A stretch of 64,000 nt of DNA, from positions 45,446,001 to 45,510,000 of the forward strand of contig CM060733.1 in assembly GCA_030704615.1 (NCBI GenBank). The letters run 5' to 3'. The position numbers and the translations under genes are program-made. The notes under the pieces were generated by a model. It was not told the DNA's origin. It worked only from the letters and a program-made list of their open reading frames with translations, and ran no database searches. The stretch is from Takakia lepidozioides. Its lineage: Eukaryota > Plantae > Bryophyta. Positions within the stretch are counted from its first letter, which is position 1; the number at the start of each line of letters is the position of its first letter. Positions 46,662 to 60,420 of this stretch are shown piece by piece.

Positions 46662-49600
46662 GGTGTCAAGTTAAATAAGCACAGTGTGAAAACAGCTAGA
46701 ATAAAACTAGTTATTTGTATTTAACACTTGGATTTAGGTCAAGTGTTAAATCAGGTGTCAAGTTTAGTTTGACACCTGGTCTGTCTTATCTTCACGAGAG
46801 CGGCAGTCGCGCGGCTCATCTCTCTCGAGTTGAGCCTGCGCGACCGAGCTCCTGCATTGTTGAGGACTGAGTGTGCTTATGATGGGAGTGTAGGTTGTTG
46901 TGGGGTGGAGTCCCCATAGCTTGGGGTGTCCCTGGCTCGACTTCTATTTTAAAGAGTGATCTTGAGGGATTGCATATTTCTTGTGTTGAGAGTGTGTGTC
47001 CTTTACAAGTCTGTTTATCACTCGAGAGAGATGAGCTCTTACCTGTGAGTGCAAGGTAGGAGTTGAGGGTTAGCACTTGTATGATTACCTGTGTGAGAGT
47101 AGTGCTTAGTTTAAGAAGCTTTAAAATATATATATATATATATATATGCAGGTTTCGATCAGCGTTGGTTCTGGCATAAGGCCGCTGGGCAGGACGGAGC
47201 TACACTGCATGGAAGCAGCCTTCGTTTTGGTCAGTGAGGAGATATCATGGTGGAGCAGCAGGATGATGCGCAAATGTAAGGAAAACTGTGTCTGTTGGTA
47301 GCTGCTGACAACCGCAACTCTGTCCCTGGACTTCTTCTCCGGAGGTGGAAGCCTGTGTGCAGCGTGCATGCAAGAGTGTGGTTGTGACAGGGGAACAAGC
47401 GCTTGCGGTTGCATTACTACTGCAAGTTGGGCACTCGGTGCGTCGCTATAACTGCAATTGTACAGGAGCACTGTGAGAGGCAGATTGTTCTGCAGCCTTG
47501 CTATACCTGGTCAGTCCAATGGTGACACATCCATACCTTGTTAAAGCAATATGGACAGTTGTCGATGAGGACGGCTCTATGAAGGACACTGCGAGCTAAG
47601 AAGGGCTCGGGTACAAAAGCACACACTGGAGCGTTTAAGCAAGTTAGGGCGGGAAAAAGAAAAACAGGCCCAAATAGCCAAGCACATGAAGTAGTGAATG
47701 TTGATGGAAGAAACCTGTGACACTCTCATTTTGTTGGAGGAGATCGTTGATTAATTGATGTCCCCGGAGCTTCAGGTGCAGGCCCTACAATCGCTGGCTA
47801 ACAAGACTGATTTACAAGCAAAACCTGCAGGGCAATCTGCCGAGAGCCTCATCTGCTTCTCGGAGGGGTTTCCGTAAATGCCCAGCTTGTGCCCTGCCTG
47901 GGCAATAGGGGGAATCCCGCCTTCAGAACTTGGCTTTGGTGTACCAGAGAACTCTGCAACCTTTGGCGTTCCTTCTTTCCCAGGCCCTTGTGCCGACCTT
48001 CTCCAATGTGTCCTTGTCTCTCTCACCATCTGCTGCCTCGGCAAGCTCGCAGTGGAGACCTGCTTGCGGGCTGTTTTCTGGATTTAGAGTGGGTTTGAAG
48101 TATAGAAAAGAACTTGGAGATTACAGTGGGCAGGTCGCAGCCGGTGCGTCCTTGACGTGGAAGGCCACAACGGAGAGGAATGTGGTAGCCAGGGCTGCTG
48201 GAGATGCCCCAGAGTCAGAGGTCGAGATTGTTCCTGAGGTCACCATCCCAGCCATAGTTTCCCTCAAGTCAAAAGCATAATTGTTAAAGAAGAAGGCTAA
48301 ACGATTGGAGCTTCGAAGGAAGAGGCTGGTGCGCAAGCGCAAGTTAAGGAAGAAAGGCCAATGGCCTCCTTCCAAAATGGCCAAAATCAAGAATGTATAG
48401 GGCCTCAGGAGGGTTCAAGGATAAGAAGAAAAGAAAGTTATCACGTCTGCGGGAGGTCCAACAGGTCCAAGGAGCACACGTACAACACCACAGTAGAACC
48501 ACAGACATCAAAAAAAAAGCAGCTCAATTCTCAAACTTCACACACAACAGGTGTCGCAATCAACGGCCAAGCTCTTGTATGCTCTGCTCTGCTCCTGTTG
48601 TGCTGAATGTTGGTGAAGTGAAGCTGTGGTTTCGATGTGGCAGATGTGTTGTGCAAGTCCAGCAACCATCCACGAATCGTTCGATTGCAGGCCGCCTGTC
48701 CATAAGCCATGAGGGTGTTGCGCAGTGCATCTCTTGATCTGCTCTTGAAATCGCCCCCACCTGGACGAACTACCTGGATGTGTTGGGAACTCGTAGGTGA
48801 CTTGGGAGCAGTTATAATGACAAAAGCGTTTTGGTGTTAAAAAAAAAAAACAAAGCCTTTTTGATCTAATTTAAATGTTTAAAGAGCCTGGTTGGTCATA
48901 TCTTTGTCAAATGAGCTCCGTTTGACTCAGTTTTTGAGGGGATAGTTGCAGAAAGGGGAAATCTACCTATCTAGACCTGGTTTCTGTTTTTGGGACTCTG
49001 CTAAAAATCTATGGAATTTTTAGAGTGTGAGTGTGCCATGAAAGATCCACAATCCTGTCTCTAGAACCTGTGCTGGTCTATATTAGAGACAAATCTGTGG
49101 ATGTACTCCTTGTATGGCTGGGGGAAATGAGGACGTCGTTGGAGGGCAGGTCTCTTCTCTTAGCCTGTGTACCAAAGGGGACAAGATTTATGTTTCCCAA
49201 GGAACTCAGACTGACGATACCTCCAGTCATGACAATCCAATCGGAGGGTCTGGTAAGTATAGGAATGAAGGAATACCAGGGCGAAATTGACGATGAGGTA
49301 GTCGGCAGTGTATCAAACAATTTCGTGTTTTCACGGGTCTACGTCCCCTCTCAATCTGGGTCATACATACTACAGTTTTGGCTACCAGGCTACAGTAAGG
49401 TTATCTTCCTAGTCAAAGAGGGTTCGAGGTGAACCCTTGCTCGAGGTGATGCCAAAAGCGGCATCATGAGCGGTCGTAAGCAATGTTGTTGCAGTAAGGC
49501 GATTCAATCCTCAGGGAGGATCGTTCCTTGGCCTTGAAGTAGGCCAAGAAGATTGCACTGGGAGGAGCTTGAGAGACTCCACCCTTGGCCGGGACTTGGA

Positions 49601-49776
49601 GGAAGTTGACCGAACTAGCTAGTGGAGAGTAGAGTCAAGTGTGGGGTTTGGTTCTTTGCCTGGGACTCCATGGTACGGAAACAAACTCCTTGATGTGGGA
49701 CGCCACAACTTGGATGTTTGTTTCTACAAAATGGACAAGTCGATGAGGACAACGACTCCCTATTCGTAGGGGTGTG

Positions 49777-50498
49777 TATCGCGGCCCTTTGCCTTGAGGG
49801 CAGGGGGTCAGGACACAAGAGGGGTTGCCCCTGTGGTGGGGGAAGTGGCAGCAATACAGAGGGCTGAAGCACCCTTGAGTGCCCAAGGCACTCAAGGAGG
49901 CGGAGGCGCTCACTAGGTGGAGCCCCGCACACCGGGTTGCAGTGGGGGCGGCTCCACAAGGGGTGGTGGTAGCTTAGCGGGACTTAGTGGGGGTGGCATA
50001 GGACTCACCTTGGGGCGGAGACCTCGTGGTGGGAGTCGTGGGGAGTCTTGGGACTCATCACAGCCCAATGGGGCCGTAGTGGGTGGTCCAAGACTCATCA
50101 CGACTCATCACCGGGAGTCGAGGGTCTTCGTGGTGGTTCGCCATAAAATGGCATGGTTGTTTGTGAAACCCCTGCGGACAGTCACAGAAGTATATATAGG
50201 GAGTAGTAACCCCGAGAACGGTGCACGCCCGTTGGTGACCAAAAACTAGTGAGTAAGCGAGCGAGCCGGAAGGCGACCAAGGAGTGGGGAGCTATTCCGG
50301 ACTGCCATCTGCCAAAGGGAATTTCCACTAGGCCCAAATTGGTGGAGGGTCTAGTGGGAGAGAAAAGGGGGACCATTATGTCCCGGTGAGCAGCCAAAGC
50401 TCCAAGTTGGCCCGACAGCCAGGTTGGGAGTTAGGCCCGCGCATCAAAGTGAGTAATTATGACTTGAAGGGGAGCTTACCGAAGTGAGGTGCGCGACA
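49777..50498 (-). mobile_element. LTR (722 bp), same family as 6676-7402
   Basis: Minus strand reads TGTCGCGCACC...GGCCGCGATA and is colinear with 6676-7402. No TSD; preceded by a G-tract. Confidence 0.85.
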
Positions 50499-51717
50499 AC
50501 AACACCCCCCACTGCGAACACTTGGATTTACATTAGCTCACATCCCGACAAAAGCTGAATACTTTGACCTGGTGCTGCCATTGGCTGCCCCCCTACCGGC
50601 TGACCCAGTTTATTTGGCCGTCTGCCACCCTCTCCAATCAAATAGCTCTCATCTCTCCTCTCTCATACGTCTGTAGTACCCCCATTGCCACATTTGCTGG
50701 CCGAGCAGAGCTAACTTCTGGCAACACCTGCTGCCCCCTAGACAAGATGCTTCTGTCTCCACGGACTCTGACCCCTGTCACTTCCCCTCAAGAACCCCAT
50801 CAGAATCATCTTGGTTACTGGACTTCCCTAGCTAGCATGCCCTCTTCTTCATCTAATTCAGAGCTTAATTTTATTATACGTCTTGATGCTGCCAGAACTC
50901 TAGCCTATGTCTTATGGCTTCCGAGTTATCCAACACTATACTCCCACTGCCCATACTCACTTGTGTTCCTCACAATTTCATCTCGTCATCCACTACTTAT
51001 ACTCCAATCCCCACAACTTGGCACCCACTCTACCCTGATCTCCTACGCTTCAACACACTCACACAACACCATGTTCGCACTAACTAGTTTAAACAGATGG
51101 CCCACCCCACTCACATATACAATTCTATATCTCCCCGCCATACGGTCAATGCCCCCTCTTGCTCAATTTCCCATCTTCACACCCACCCCCACAATCAGCT
51201 CAGACCATAACATACCCCACACCTTGTTATCATATATTTGCACCCACGCACACCCTCACTGCCTATAGCAATACGCTACAGAATATATAAATATCCACGA
51301 ATATACCACACTCTCCTATCATGTCAATCCACTACTTTCCCCCACACAATGGGATCTATCACCCATGCACATACCTGTCACCCAACTTATCCCACCAACC
51401 CATGCAACCCTTTGCATAGTAATTTACCAGTGCAAGGGCTACACCGGGCCTACTCTCACACCAAGCACAATATCCACTACTCCAAATCATCCCGCCATCT
51501 AGCAACCCCCCCTTCTTGCTACATCACCTCCCACCTGCCATCCACTCTTTTATCATCCCCCTACTTTCCCCAAGTTCCATCCAAGTCACCACCTAAGCCA
51601 CCCAACCAAAGCTGCAATATTAAACACCCCATGCAATCAGCCTGCCCCTTCCCTCCTTGCGACTCCTCTAATTGCACCACTTCCAGTATGTACCCATTAA
51701 TCAGCCGTCCCTCCACA

Positions 51718-53340
51718 TTATGCTGCCCTGTAAAGAGGTAGGTAGTTTATCATTACCTGAAGCTCAAGAGGAAGCTCCTGTACATGCAAACCCGTTTGGC
51801 TTCGTCTTCTTACAAGCATCAAGTTCAAAAAGTGTCTCTTCCCTACCTGGATTCCATCATCAAAGGTTTGTTGTGACCACTCTTCCTTTAATCGCTTCTT
51901 CACAACACGATCTATATCAACTAATTCTGCCAATGTTGCCGCTTCTCTCATCGTGGCTTGGTGATCATCCAGGAAATTTGCATGTAAAGCAAAGAGCATC
52001 CCTTCTGGACCTCACAATGGCCCTCTTGACTTTGAGACTGCAGCTCTGATAGCATCAACTACATTGACAATATCTATGGGTTTAGGCATAACAGTGAGAA
52101 GGTACTGAATGGCTTCCCCTTGACAAAATGAAATAGACATGTCGAGGTACACAAAAGAAGCGTCATAGCAATTTTGTTCCAAAAAACATTGTACCACTGG
52201 AAACAACACATCCAAACGGGCTGCTTGGAACATTGGGAGCACTGTTACAGTAATACTCAAATTTTTGATTCCGCAGTCCACAAGCAAAAACTTCATTAGC
52301 TTCAAGGGCCACTCTGCCCTGCAGTTGGCGCACTCACCAGTTGCACCTACACCTTGGTGTAGGCAATCTGTGATTTGGAGCAAAGACCTCACATCCACAA
52401 TATTGCAGTTAGTGATCTCAAGGAGACGGCTACTAACCAGGTCTGCTGCTCCGTTTATGCAAACAACTGATATGATGTTCATAATGTCCTGAACAATAGT
52501 TTTAGAACATTGAGAGTCTCCAGTCTTGGAATCCAGGATCATATACCCAAATTGCTTCACCTTTGGACCCCACATAGAACCATTTGTAGGAAGCAATTTT
52601 TCTTGGGACTTGGTCAGTTTTGACAGAAAAGTTACACAAGTCATTAAGAGAATTCGGCCATAGAAGTCAGCGGTCATGTAATTGGAGCCCAATACAACAA
52701 GCCTCTCCAGATACGAGCATGAGCCCATTCCAGTATTCAATGATAGCTTCCCCACAAGCAACTTGCATGGCTCTCTGAAAATTCTTTGCACCAGCTTTAG
52801 CGAGGCATTCAATTGCATTTAATAGAAATCCCACCTCCTCAAGAGTGCTGCAACTCCAGATACGAGCAGCTTCCATGAGCAGGCACTTATCCAACCCTGC
52901 AGTGTCTGCCATGCGCACCACATGCTGTACAGTGTCTTTGCGGAGCCCAACCAATGCCCCAACAAAGGCAGCATCAAAAGGGACGGGCCGTGTTCGTAAC
53001 ATGATGGCATCCACAATGTGGCTGTGGCCGGACCATCCAACACACGTCATGGCACCAACCAGATTTGTGGCTCCGGCATCGATAATAATATGAAGAAGGT
53101 GCTTGTGGCCTCTACTGGCGGCCTGGAGCAAGGCACTATTAAGATCATCCTTAGAGACCCCATTCGCTTGTAAGAAAGTCTGTATGTACCGGTGCATGCT
53201 GTCTTGTGGTGCGTCTGCAACCAGTGGTGAATGATCCATGAAACCAGCAGAACAAGGGCCCCACCCTGCTATTGCACTCTGCAGATATTGCCACCTGCAC
53301 GAGTGATACTTGATGCCAGGTCAGTCTAGCAGTGGCCTTG
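51718..53340 (-). pseudogene. Ankyrin-like repeat protein, intronless, frameshifted
   Basis: LNSALLQAASRGHKHLLHIIIDAGATNLVGAMTCVGWSGHSHIV, LAKAGAKNFQRAMQVAC. Confidence 0.6.
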
Positions 53341-53641
53341 TCAGGCTGGTTGGAGAACAACATCCATTTGCGCATTTAGTGGTGTTTAAGTGCCTACTTT
53401 CACTGATGTATTGAAAGTTCCTCCAACAGTTGGGTTGGAGAAGGGTGACAAACCCTGGTGTCCAAATCTTAGACTTTGGAAAAACATCAATTCCTGAACT
53501 CCTGGAATCTTCCCAAAAGTGACGCTCAACGCTATAAAGCTTTGAGCTGAAAAGATGGTGAACGACCAGTGCCTCTCACAATTCCCGAACTCAATTTTGT
53601 TAAACCTCTCTAGATATATGTGCAATGTCACCTCTCCCAAT

Positions 53642-54337
53642 TCCTTAACTCAATTTTGTTAAATCCAACAAGAGATATGCGTAATGCCACAGCTCTTACA
53701 CACTCTTGGACAATACTTTTTGGTCTTTAAATCCTCCATCTCATATTGCAATGTGCATGGCTTCAATCTCACTACTGTTGTCCATACTACTAAATGTTTG
53801 TAGACTTATAGAAGCTTCTTTTCCTTCTACTAAGTTCGTAGTATTAGACGGCTCCCCTTTTGAGTGTTCTATAGCTTCTTTCAACTTCTGGCAAGGAGCG
53901 CAACGCTGAGCCCTTGCTTTAGCCTTGGCTACTCTTAGTTGAGCCAATTCCTCAAAAGTATATGATCGGTTTTGATCATTACCTTTTCATCCTTAACTCA
54001 ATTTTGTTAAATCCAACAAGAGATATGCGTAATGCCACAGCTCTTACACACTCTTGGACAATACTTTTTGGTCTTTAAATCCTCCATCTCATATTGCAAT
54101 GTGCATGGCTTCAATCTCACTACTGTTGTCCATACTACTAAATGTTGGTACACTTATAGAAGCTTCTTTTCCTTCTACTAAGTTCGTAGTATTAGACGAC
54201 TCCCCTTTTGAGCGTTCTATAGCTTCTTTCAACTTCTGGCGAGAAGCACAACGCTGAGCCCTTGCTTTAGCCTTGGCTACTCTTAGTTGAGCCAATTCCT
54301 CAAAAGTATATGTTCGGTTTTGATCATTACCTTTTCA
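53642..54337. repeat. Direct tandem duplication, 2 x 348 bp
   Basis: 53642-53989 and 53990-54337 are nearly identical. Confidence 0.95.
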
Positions 54338-54473
54338 CGGCATCAGATTGAGACTATTCTTATTAATCTCGATATAACCCCGTTGCTATCTAACATTCTC
54401 TTTTAGGCAACTTCTTAAGTTGCTACTGATAGAACGTTACTTATAGCTGCAGGTCTTAGGATCTTCTTATTTT

Positions 54474-54485
54474 GCTCTGATACCA
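54474..54485 (-). other. tRNA-iMet primer binding site (TGGTATCAGAGC) of a reverse-transcribing element remnant
   Basis: Plus strand gctctgatacca. Confidence 0.7.
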
Positions 54486-55259
54486 ACTATAATGAAACTA
54501 CTCATATTATTCCATTAATACTAGAGACACAACTTTCAGGTCTTAAAAACATTTATAAAGAAGAAGACATTTTACATAAGTTATCAAGTCTTTGTCTATG
54601 TATATACTTGTTCTTCCTCTCTCTTTGATACTCCCTAGTCTAGAACTCATCTTCTAGATCCATTGTATCTCTTTGGCTCTTTCTCTTCTTCTTTGCTTAT
54701 AGCTCTCGAGTCTCACTTTCAACCTCGGTGTCTTCTTGTGGCCAACTAGATCTCTTGAGTCTCTTTCCGCTTCGCTTTACATCTGAACCCTATAAGTCAC
54801 ACGCCTTATTAAGGATATCTACAGTTACGTGTCTTTACATATCTAATAGGGGATGAACACATTCATTCTTGTGACAAAATATGGTGTAAAGAAGGATCAC
54901 AAGACGTACATGTACTGTCAATGTTTTTGACCAAGACATATGTGGTAGCCCTAGTCCGAAACTCTTGCAACAGTTGTTCATACTCGACATGAAATATGAC
55001 ATAGAAGCTCATCTACAACAAACCCAAAACCATGATATGATCAATACACGAATAAATTGAATATACAAACCATGAATATATAAAATAAAAGACTAAATGA
55101 GGAAACGAGAAATCTTATAATCTAAACATCATTTTGAGAGAGACCATCTACTACAGTAAATTCAAAACATTATTTTATTTGACCTTGGACACAAATGACA
55201 ACTATATCAATAGTGGTTGTTGTGAACAGTATATTCAGCCAAAAAATTCAAGACAGGTG

Positions 55260-57450
55260 AAGTTGCCCAACCAATGGTCAATTATGACGTGACGTGGCGC
55301 AAACACGTCAGCGTCACATCGGACATCACGTCATGACGTCCGTCACGTCACATCTAAATCGACTTTACGTCGAATAATTTTTTTTTTATTGTTTTGTTTT
55401 CACGTGACCAAATTCACCCCATCGTCGAGGTGGCGGCCTAAGTGTACTACACACATGATAACCTTTTTTACTTTATTTTTTATTTAAAAAAATGAGCTGC
55501 CGGTTGATGGACAATCGCAGGACAACCTCCAGAAAACGGTGACCAATTTTTTTAATTAGTTTTAATTTATATTTTATTACAATCGCGATCCCCAAAGCAT
55601 AATTTGTTATAACAAATCGGGATCCTGATCATAATTTATAATTTATAATTTATTATTAAATGAATATCGGGACTGCTACAACAAGCGGTCCTAATTTTGT
55701 TTCAATTTATTAATATCGGAACTATAAGAGCAGACGCTTTTATTTGTTATTATATTTATTATTTTTCAAATTAATATCGGGATCGCTGAGCTGGTCGTCC
55801 TAATTTATAATTATCTTATTAATATTGGGATCATCAGCTTTGGTGATCCTGATATTTATTTAAATGATAATAAAAAAATAAAAAATATGACCGCCAATTC
55901 GAAATCGTTTTTTATCTTTGAGGCAATATGTGATCAAAAACTGAGAATTTGGCATGTCTTTTTTGGATTACCAGGTTCGAACAACCATATTAATGTCCTT
56001 GATAGATCACATGTAGTTCAACACCTTCCATTATGATGGAGGAGCAATTCCATTTTTAGTCAATGATAATGAGTATCATCACTGCTACGTTCTTACGGAG
56101 GGGATCAATCCCAACTGGTCTTGCTTTGTCCAAAGTATACAAGAACCTCAAAATGAGAAACACAAATACTATGCAAAAATGCAAGAAGGAGTGAGGAAAG
56201 ATATTGAAAGGTGCTTTGGAGTTTTGCGATCCCGGTCTCCATTGTAAGCCATCATCGTGGACTATCGGACCAGAAAACTATTGGGATGGTGATGACAACT
56301 TGCATTATACTTCATAATATGATTATAGAGGATGAGAAGGGTGATGCCACATTGAACTATGATTATCTTTTTGAAGGCACGGCTGCCGAAGTTGAATCAT
56401 CAACAATGCACTTTTGAGGAATGGCGAGCAAACACCAGCAATGAGAACATGCACTTCAGACTAAGGAGAGACCTTGTAGAGCACCATTGGGCTCTAAGAG
56501 GCAATCATCACTATAAGCTTAGCATAGTTTACAAACCCTTTTATGCAAGGTGGGGTCAATCAGCTTGGCAGCTTGGTACATGTAGACATCAAAATTCTCT
56601 ACTTGCTATTTGGTTTATCTCGTTATTTTTCTTTTTGGATCAGCAATAACAGGTATGTGTGGTTCCAATTATATATAGCATGCATGATTTGAACTCCTTT
56701 AGCCATTTCATTTAATTTTTATGCAATGTGGGGTCAATCTGCTTGGCAGCTTGGTATATGTAGACATTCAAAACTCTATGTTTACTATTTGGTTGATTGT
56801 ATCTCGTTGGGATCGGCAAGAGTGTAAGTAAAAATAGAGGTCATATTTCCATACCTGTACAACACATTAGTACTCCATCTATACTAGACTGCAGCGGAAG
56901 AGAAAGCCTGGTCTAAATAGATTATTTGACTTCTTGTTTTGAAGTAACATGCTAACTGTCTTTCTTAACTATCGTCCCAGGTAGGTGGTCGCATTCCTTT
57001 GATCCTCCTCTTCATCTTCTTCTGCCTTTGTATTTGGTATCATGCACCGCTCGCATATGACACTGCAGAGCTGCTTACTTCATACTTCAAGTGCGATCAT
57101 GCTTTGCTTCAATGCTAACAACTCGATCTTACATGGGTATGCAGGCAATCTGGTGGATGACTTGCCCTCTACTTCCCGTGATCAACCTCTATTTCTAATC
57201 TTCCCGGCATGTTAGCGGAATCGCTCAAGCTTCATTCTACGTGAATACAACTCGCATGCTGGATCCTATGCTCAATGATCCTTATCAGCCATTCTGATGC
57301 TAGCTATCGCCTCAATGTTAGTTGTTACATTCCTACTTCAAATCTAAAATGATTCACATGCCCCCACACTTCATCACAATGAACTCAGTCTTTACTTCAG
57401 AGCCGAAAACTAGAACAAAAAGAGAGAGATCACCATCCAGTCTCCACTAC
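55260..57450 (+). mobile_element. Decayed PIF/Harbinger element (transposase fragments ~55900-56510)
   Basis: EAICDQKLRIWHVFFGLPGSNNHINVLDRS, QEGVRKDIERCFGVL, MTTCIILHNMIIEDE, LRRDLVEHHW. TGACGT-rich subterminal region at 55260-55440. Confidence 0.85.
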
Positions 57451-58239
57451 TCTTATACTTGGGCTGATCCCTAACTCCACCTTATCCCGCCGTCTTCTTC
57501 ACGTGATTATTTAATAGCAAGTCAACAATATTTAAGATCCTACAGCTTTTTGGACATCAAGTATGGTGGCCACCGGGTCTTATCCCCCTCTGTGCCACAG
57601 GCCCATCAACTTCTAAAAACATGCGATTCCCACGTGTTTTGTTTCTCAACCACTCTTTTAGCTGCATGCCACTTGCTAATATTTAATATAGCCACCCTGT
57701 TCCTAAATTACTGTTGTATCTCCTTTATTTCCGCGATTTCATCCCATCAATGATAACTTGATCTCACATTTCATCCCTTTGCCAACCCGTCATTCATCTA
57801 GTACTCAATCCATGTTTGAATGAAAAATTGGCGATTTCATCCGCTTCTCCTTAATGAAAAATCGCGACTTCATTACATCCTTGAGCCCCACAAACCCTAC
57901 GTGCTTTGTCTATTTCTTGCACGCCTTCCGTGTTTCCCTCATCACCTCATTTCGACCTACAGGTGTAAGTACTCCCTGGGGGGTGCACTCTTTATAAACT
58001 GTGTGTATCACGTGCGTTCGTCGCCTAATAAAAAAAAACCCTGTATACGGGTCCTTGGATAATTTATACCCCCTCTGTACATATTTTTTGAAGATTATAA
58101 AACCCCCTCCTGTAAATATACAAGAATTTACAATTTTTAAAAAGTACCCCCTTCTGTATGTATATTCTCATTTTCCATCATTAAAAATAACCCTCCAATA
58201 TGTATATGTATGTTTTTATATTATATCGAATTTATTCAT

Positions 58240-60420
58240 TTAAAACATAATAAAATATAACAAATTAAATAAACAATTTTTTTTGCCTTTGATAAAGTTG
58301 TCAAAGACTTTTCGGTCATTTGCATCAAGTACATATGTGTTTGACTTGACATTGTACTTTAAATATGCTAACGCGATAATGGAATCCAAATCAACCATCA
58401 TGTTATTCGTCAAATCGTACGTATAGACCCCTCCTCGAATTTTTTGGTACCATGCTAACCCAATCTCCATATGAGAAGGACGCTCCAATAAATCAACAGA
58501 ATCCCTACATTCTACAAACCGCTTATTGATTTTCTTCCGCATTCTTTGAACCCTGCCCAAATACCAAGTGCCTTTGGTTGCTCCTCTGCAGGTTTTCCCT
58601 GGTCTGCCTTTCCTGTTTGTAGTTTGGATCGCAGTCTCCTCATCAACAAAAAATATAGCACAATCCGAACCCAATCCCAAGCTCGTGGCTTTGTTGCTGG
58701 TAGTTAGTTTGTTTTCTCGGCAAAACAACATCGATGCACTTCTTACTCGTGTCAATCTATCCTTGGATAGAGTAGGGTTGCCATTGAGTTGGCTAACCAA
58801 AGTGCTTTTGAATATGGTCTTCCCGTCTACTTTGACAAATGGAACCACCGCCTTCGATCCATCTTTCTCTTGTTCAAACTCATCAATGACAGCATCCAGA
58901 GTATGTCTCAATTCACTTTGAATAAGTACCTCTTCCGCATGATCATCCAAAGGTTGGCTCAAAACATCCTCCAATGAATTCGAAGGCCCGCACACCAATT
59001 CATCTTCCACGACCTCATTTTGAATATGTGTGTCTGCATTAAGAGGACAAATAGAATCTATGGCATCGACATCATCACCCTCCTCTTCCATGCTTTTGAA
59101 TAGCTCGGCCTCCATTTGTCTCTCAATTGTCCATGGTTCATTCCACCAATCCAAGTTTGTCGCTTTGTTTGGTTTCATCCCAAGTTTATGGCATAAAAGT
59201 TGCGCTTCTAGAAATCCAGTTTTCAAAGCCTCCACAATGCAATCATCCGATTGGACAGTAGAAAAGTCGGACAAATCAGCAAGGGGGATACCTGGCTTCT
59301 TCTCCAAAGAAAACCAAATGTGTTCTTGTTTCTTGTGAGCTGTTGAGAACTTGGGTCCTTTTGGATTCACCTCGAACTCGGATATGCGTGTTAATGCTCC
59401 CGCACTCTCAATCAAATCACACCCGTCATATGTCCTCTCATTCCGTAACATACCTCCCACTTTGCTGAAGAATATTTCACACACATCTGAACCAACAAGG
59501 CTCAAAGGAACTTGCACATGATTAAACTTATCCTTGAACAATTTGATAAGTAGAACCACGTAGTGGCATGAAATTTGTAAATCCAAGCATGCTTCCCTGC
59601 TAATGAAGAAGGATTTCAGATTATACACCTCGTGGTGGAATAACCACAACTTCCACAATCTGAAAAAAAACGATACCTTTGCAACAGATTGTACCCTCTC
59701 ACACAATGACATGTGAGGAGACAAAAAAATGTCGATGTAGCATGAAATGATGTATAGGTAAATTTCAGTACCTTTGGTCCTCTCCCTTCGATGATTCGCA
59801 GTTGATTGTAACTCCCTCAAACAAGCTTGCACCTTCCGAGATGCCAGTCGTTGAGCTACTGCCCAATTCTGTCGATCTTCTCTTTTGATATCACATTCCC
59901 GAAGTCCATGCTTGTCCACTGAAAATGAATGGTAGACCAATAACACATGATTCAATGTAGCAACCTCATCACCCAACACCAAAGTCCATGATGCACTGTC
60001 CAAGGGATTTACCAATTTTTTCCCATTGTGGATGAAGTCCTGATCATGGAGTCCGTATATATCTCCCCCGTTGCACACTCGACCTGTAAACAACCATCCT
60101 TCCCAAGGGATGCAAAATCTACTTCCAGCCCCATTGGCATAATCTTCTAACATCACTTTTCTCCTCCTATTATCTCCGTCTGAAGCATGCCCAATTATAG
60201 GCCCAACCACGTCCCTAACATATTTGTCCCACAACTGTCTCACCACTTCCCATTGTGATCTCACAAAATTGTTGTCAAATCTATTGCACAACCACATTGT
60301 TTTTTAATGCCTCCACAATATGTTCGTACCCTGATTCCCCTTCTCCCACTTGCACCACAAAATTTGAAATACATACATGGTTGTCTTGAAGCCCACAGAA
60401 CCCGAAGGTTTTTCTTCTCA
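58240..60420 (-). pseudogene. P-element/THAP9-like DDE transposase, 5'-truncated (685-aa open frame)
   Basis: GHASDGD, DQDFIHNGKKLVN (D..H..K..N), DRQNWAVAQRL, GSDVCEIFFSKVG. A further upstream fragment GFCGLQDNHVC lies in another frame. Confidence 0.65.

Noticed and set aside
47100-49700. Assorted short ORFs (e.g. 47930-48280, 49031-49432)
   Set aside because: No recognisable domains or splice structure, so no call can be supported.
50500-51700. C-rich strand-biased region with 234-aa and 167-aa ORFs
   Set aside because: Low-complexity P/H/T/S translation with no recognisable motifs; likely decayed TE-internal sequence.
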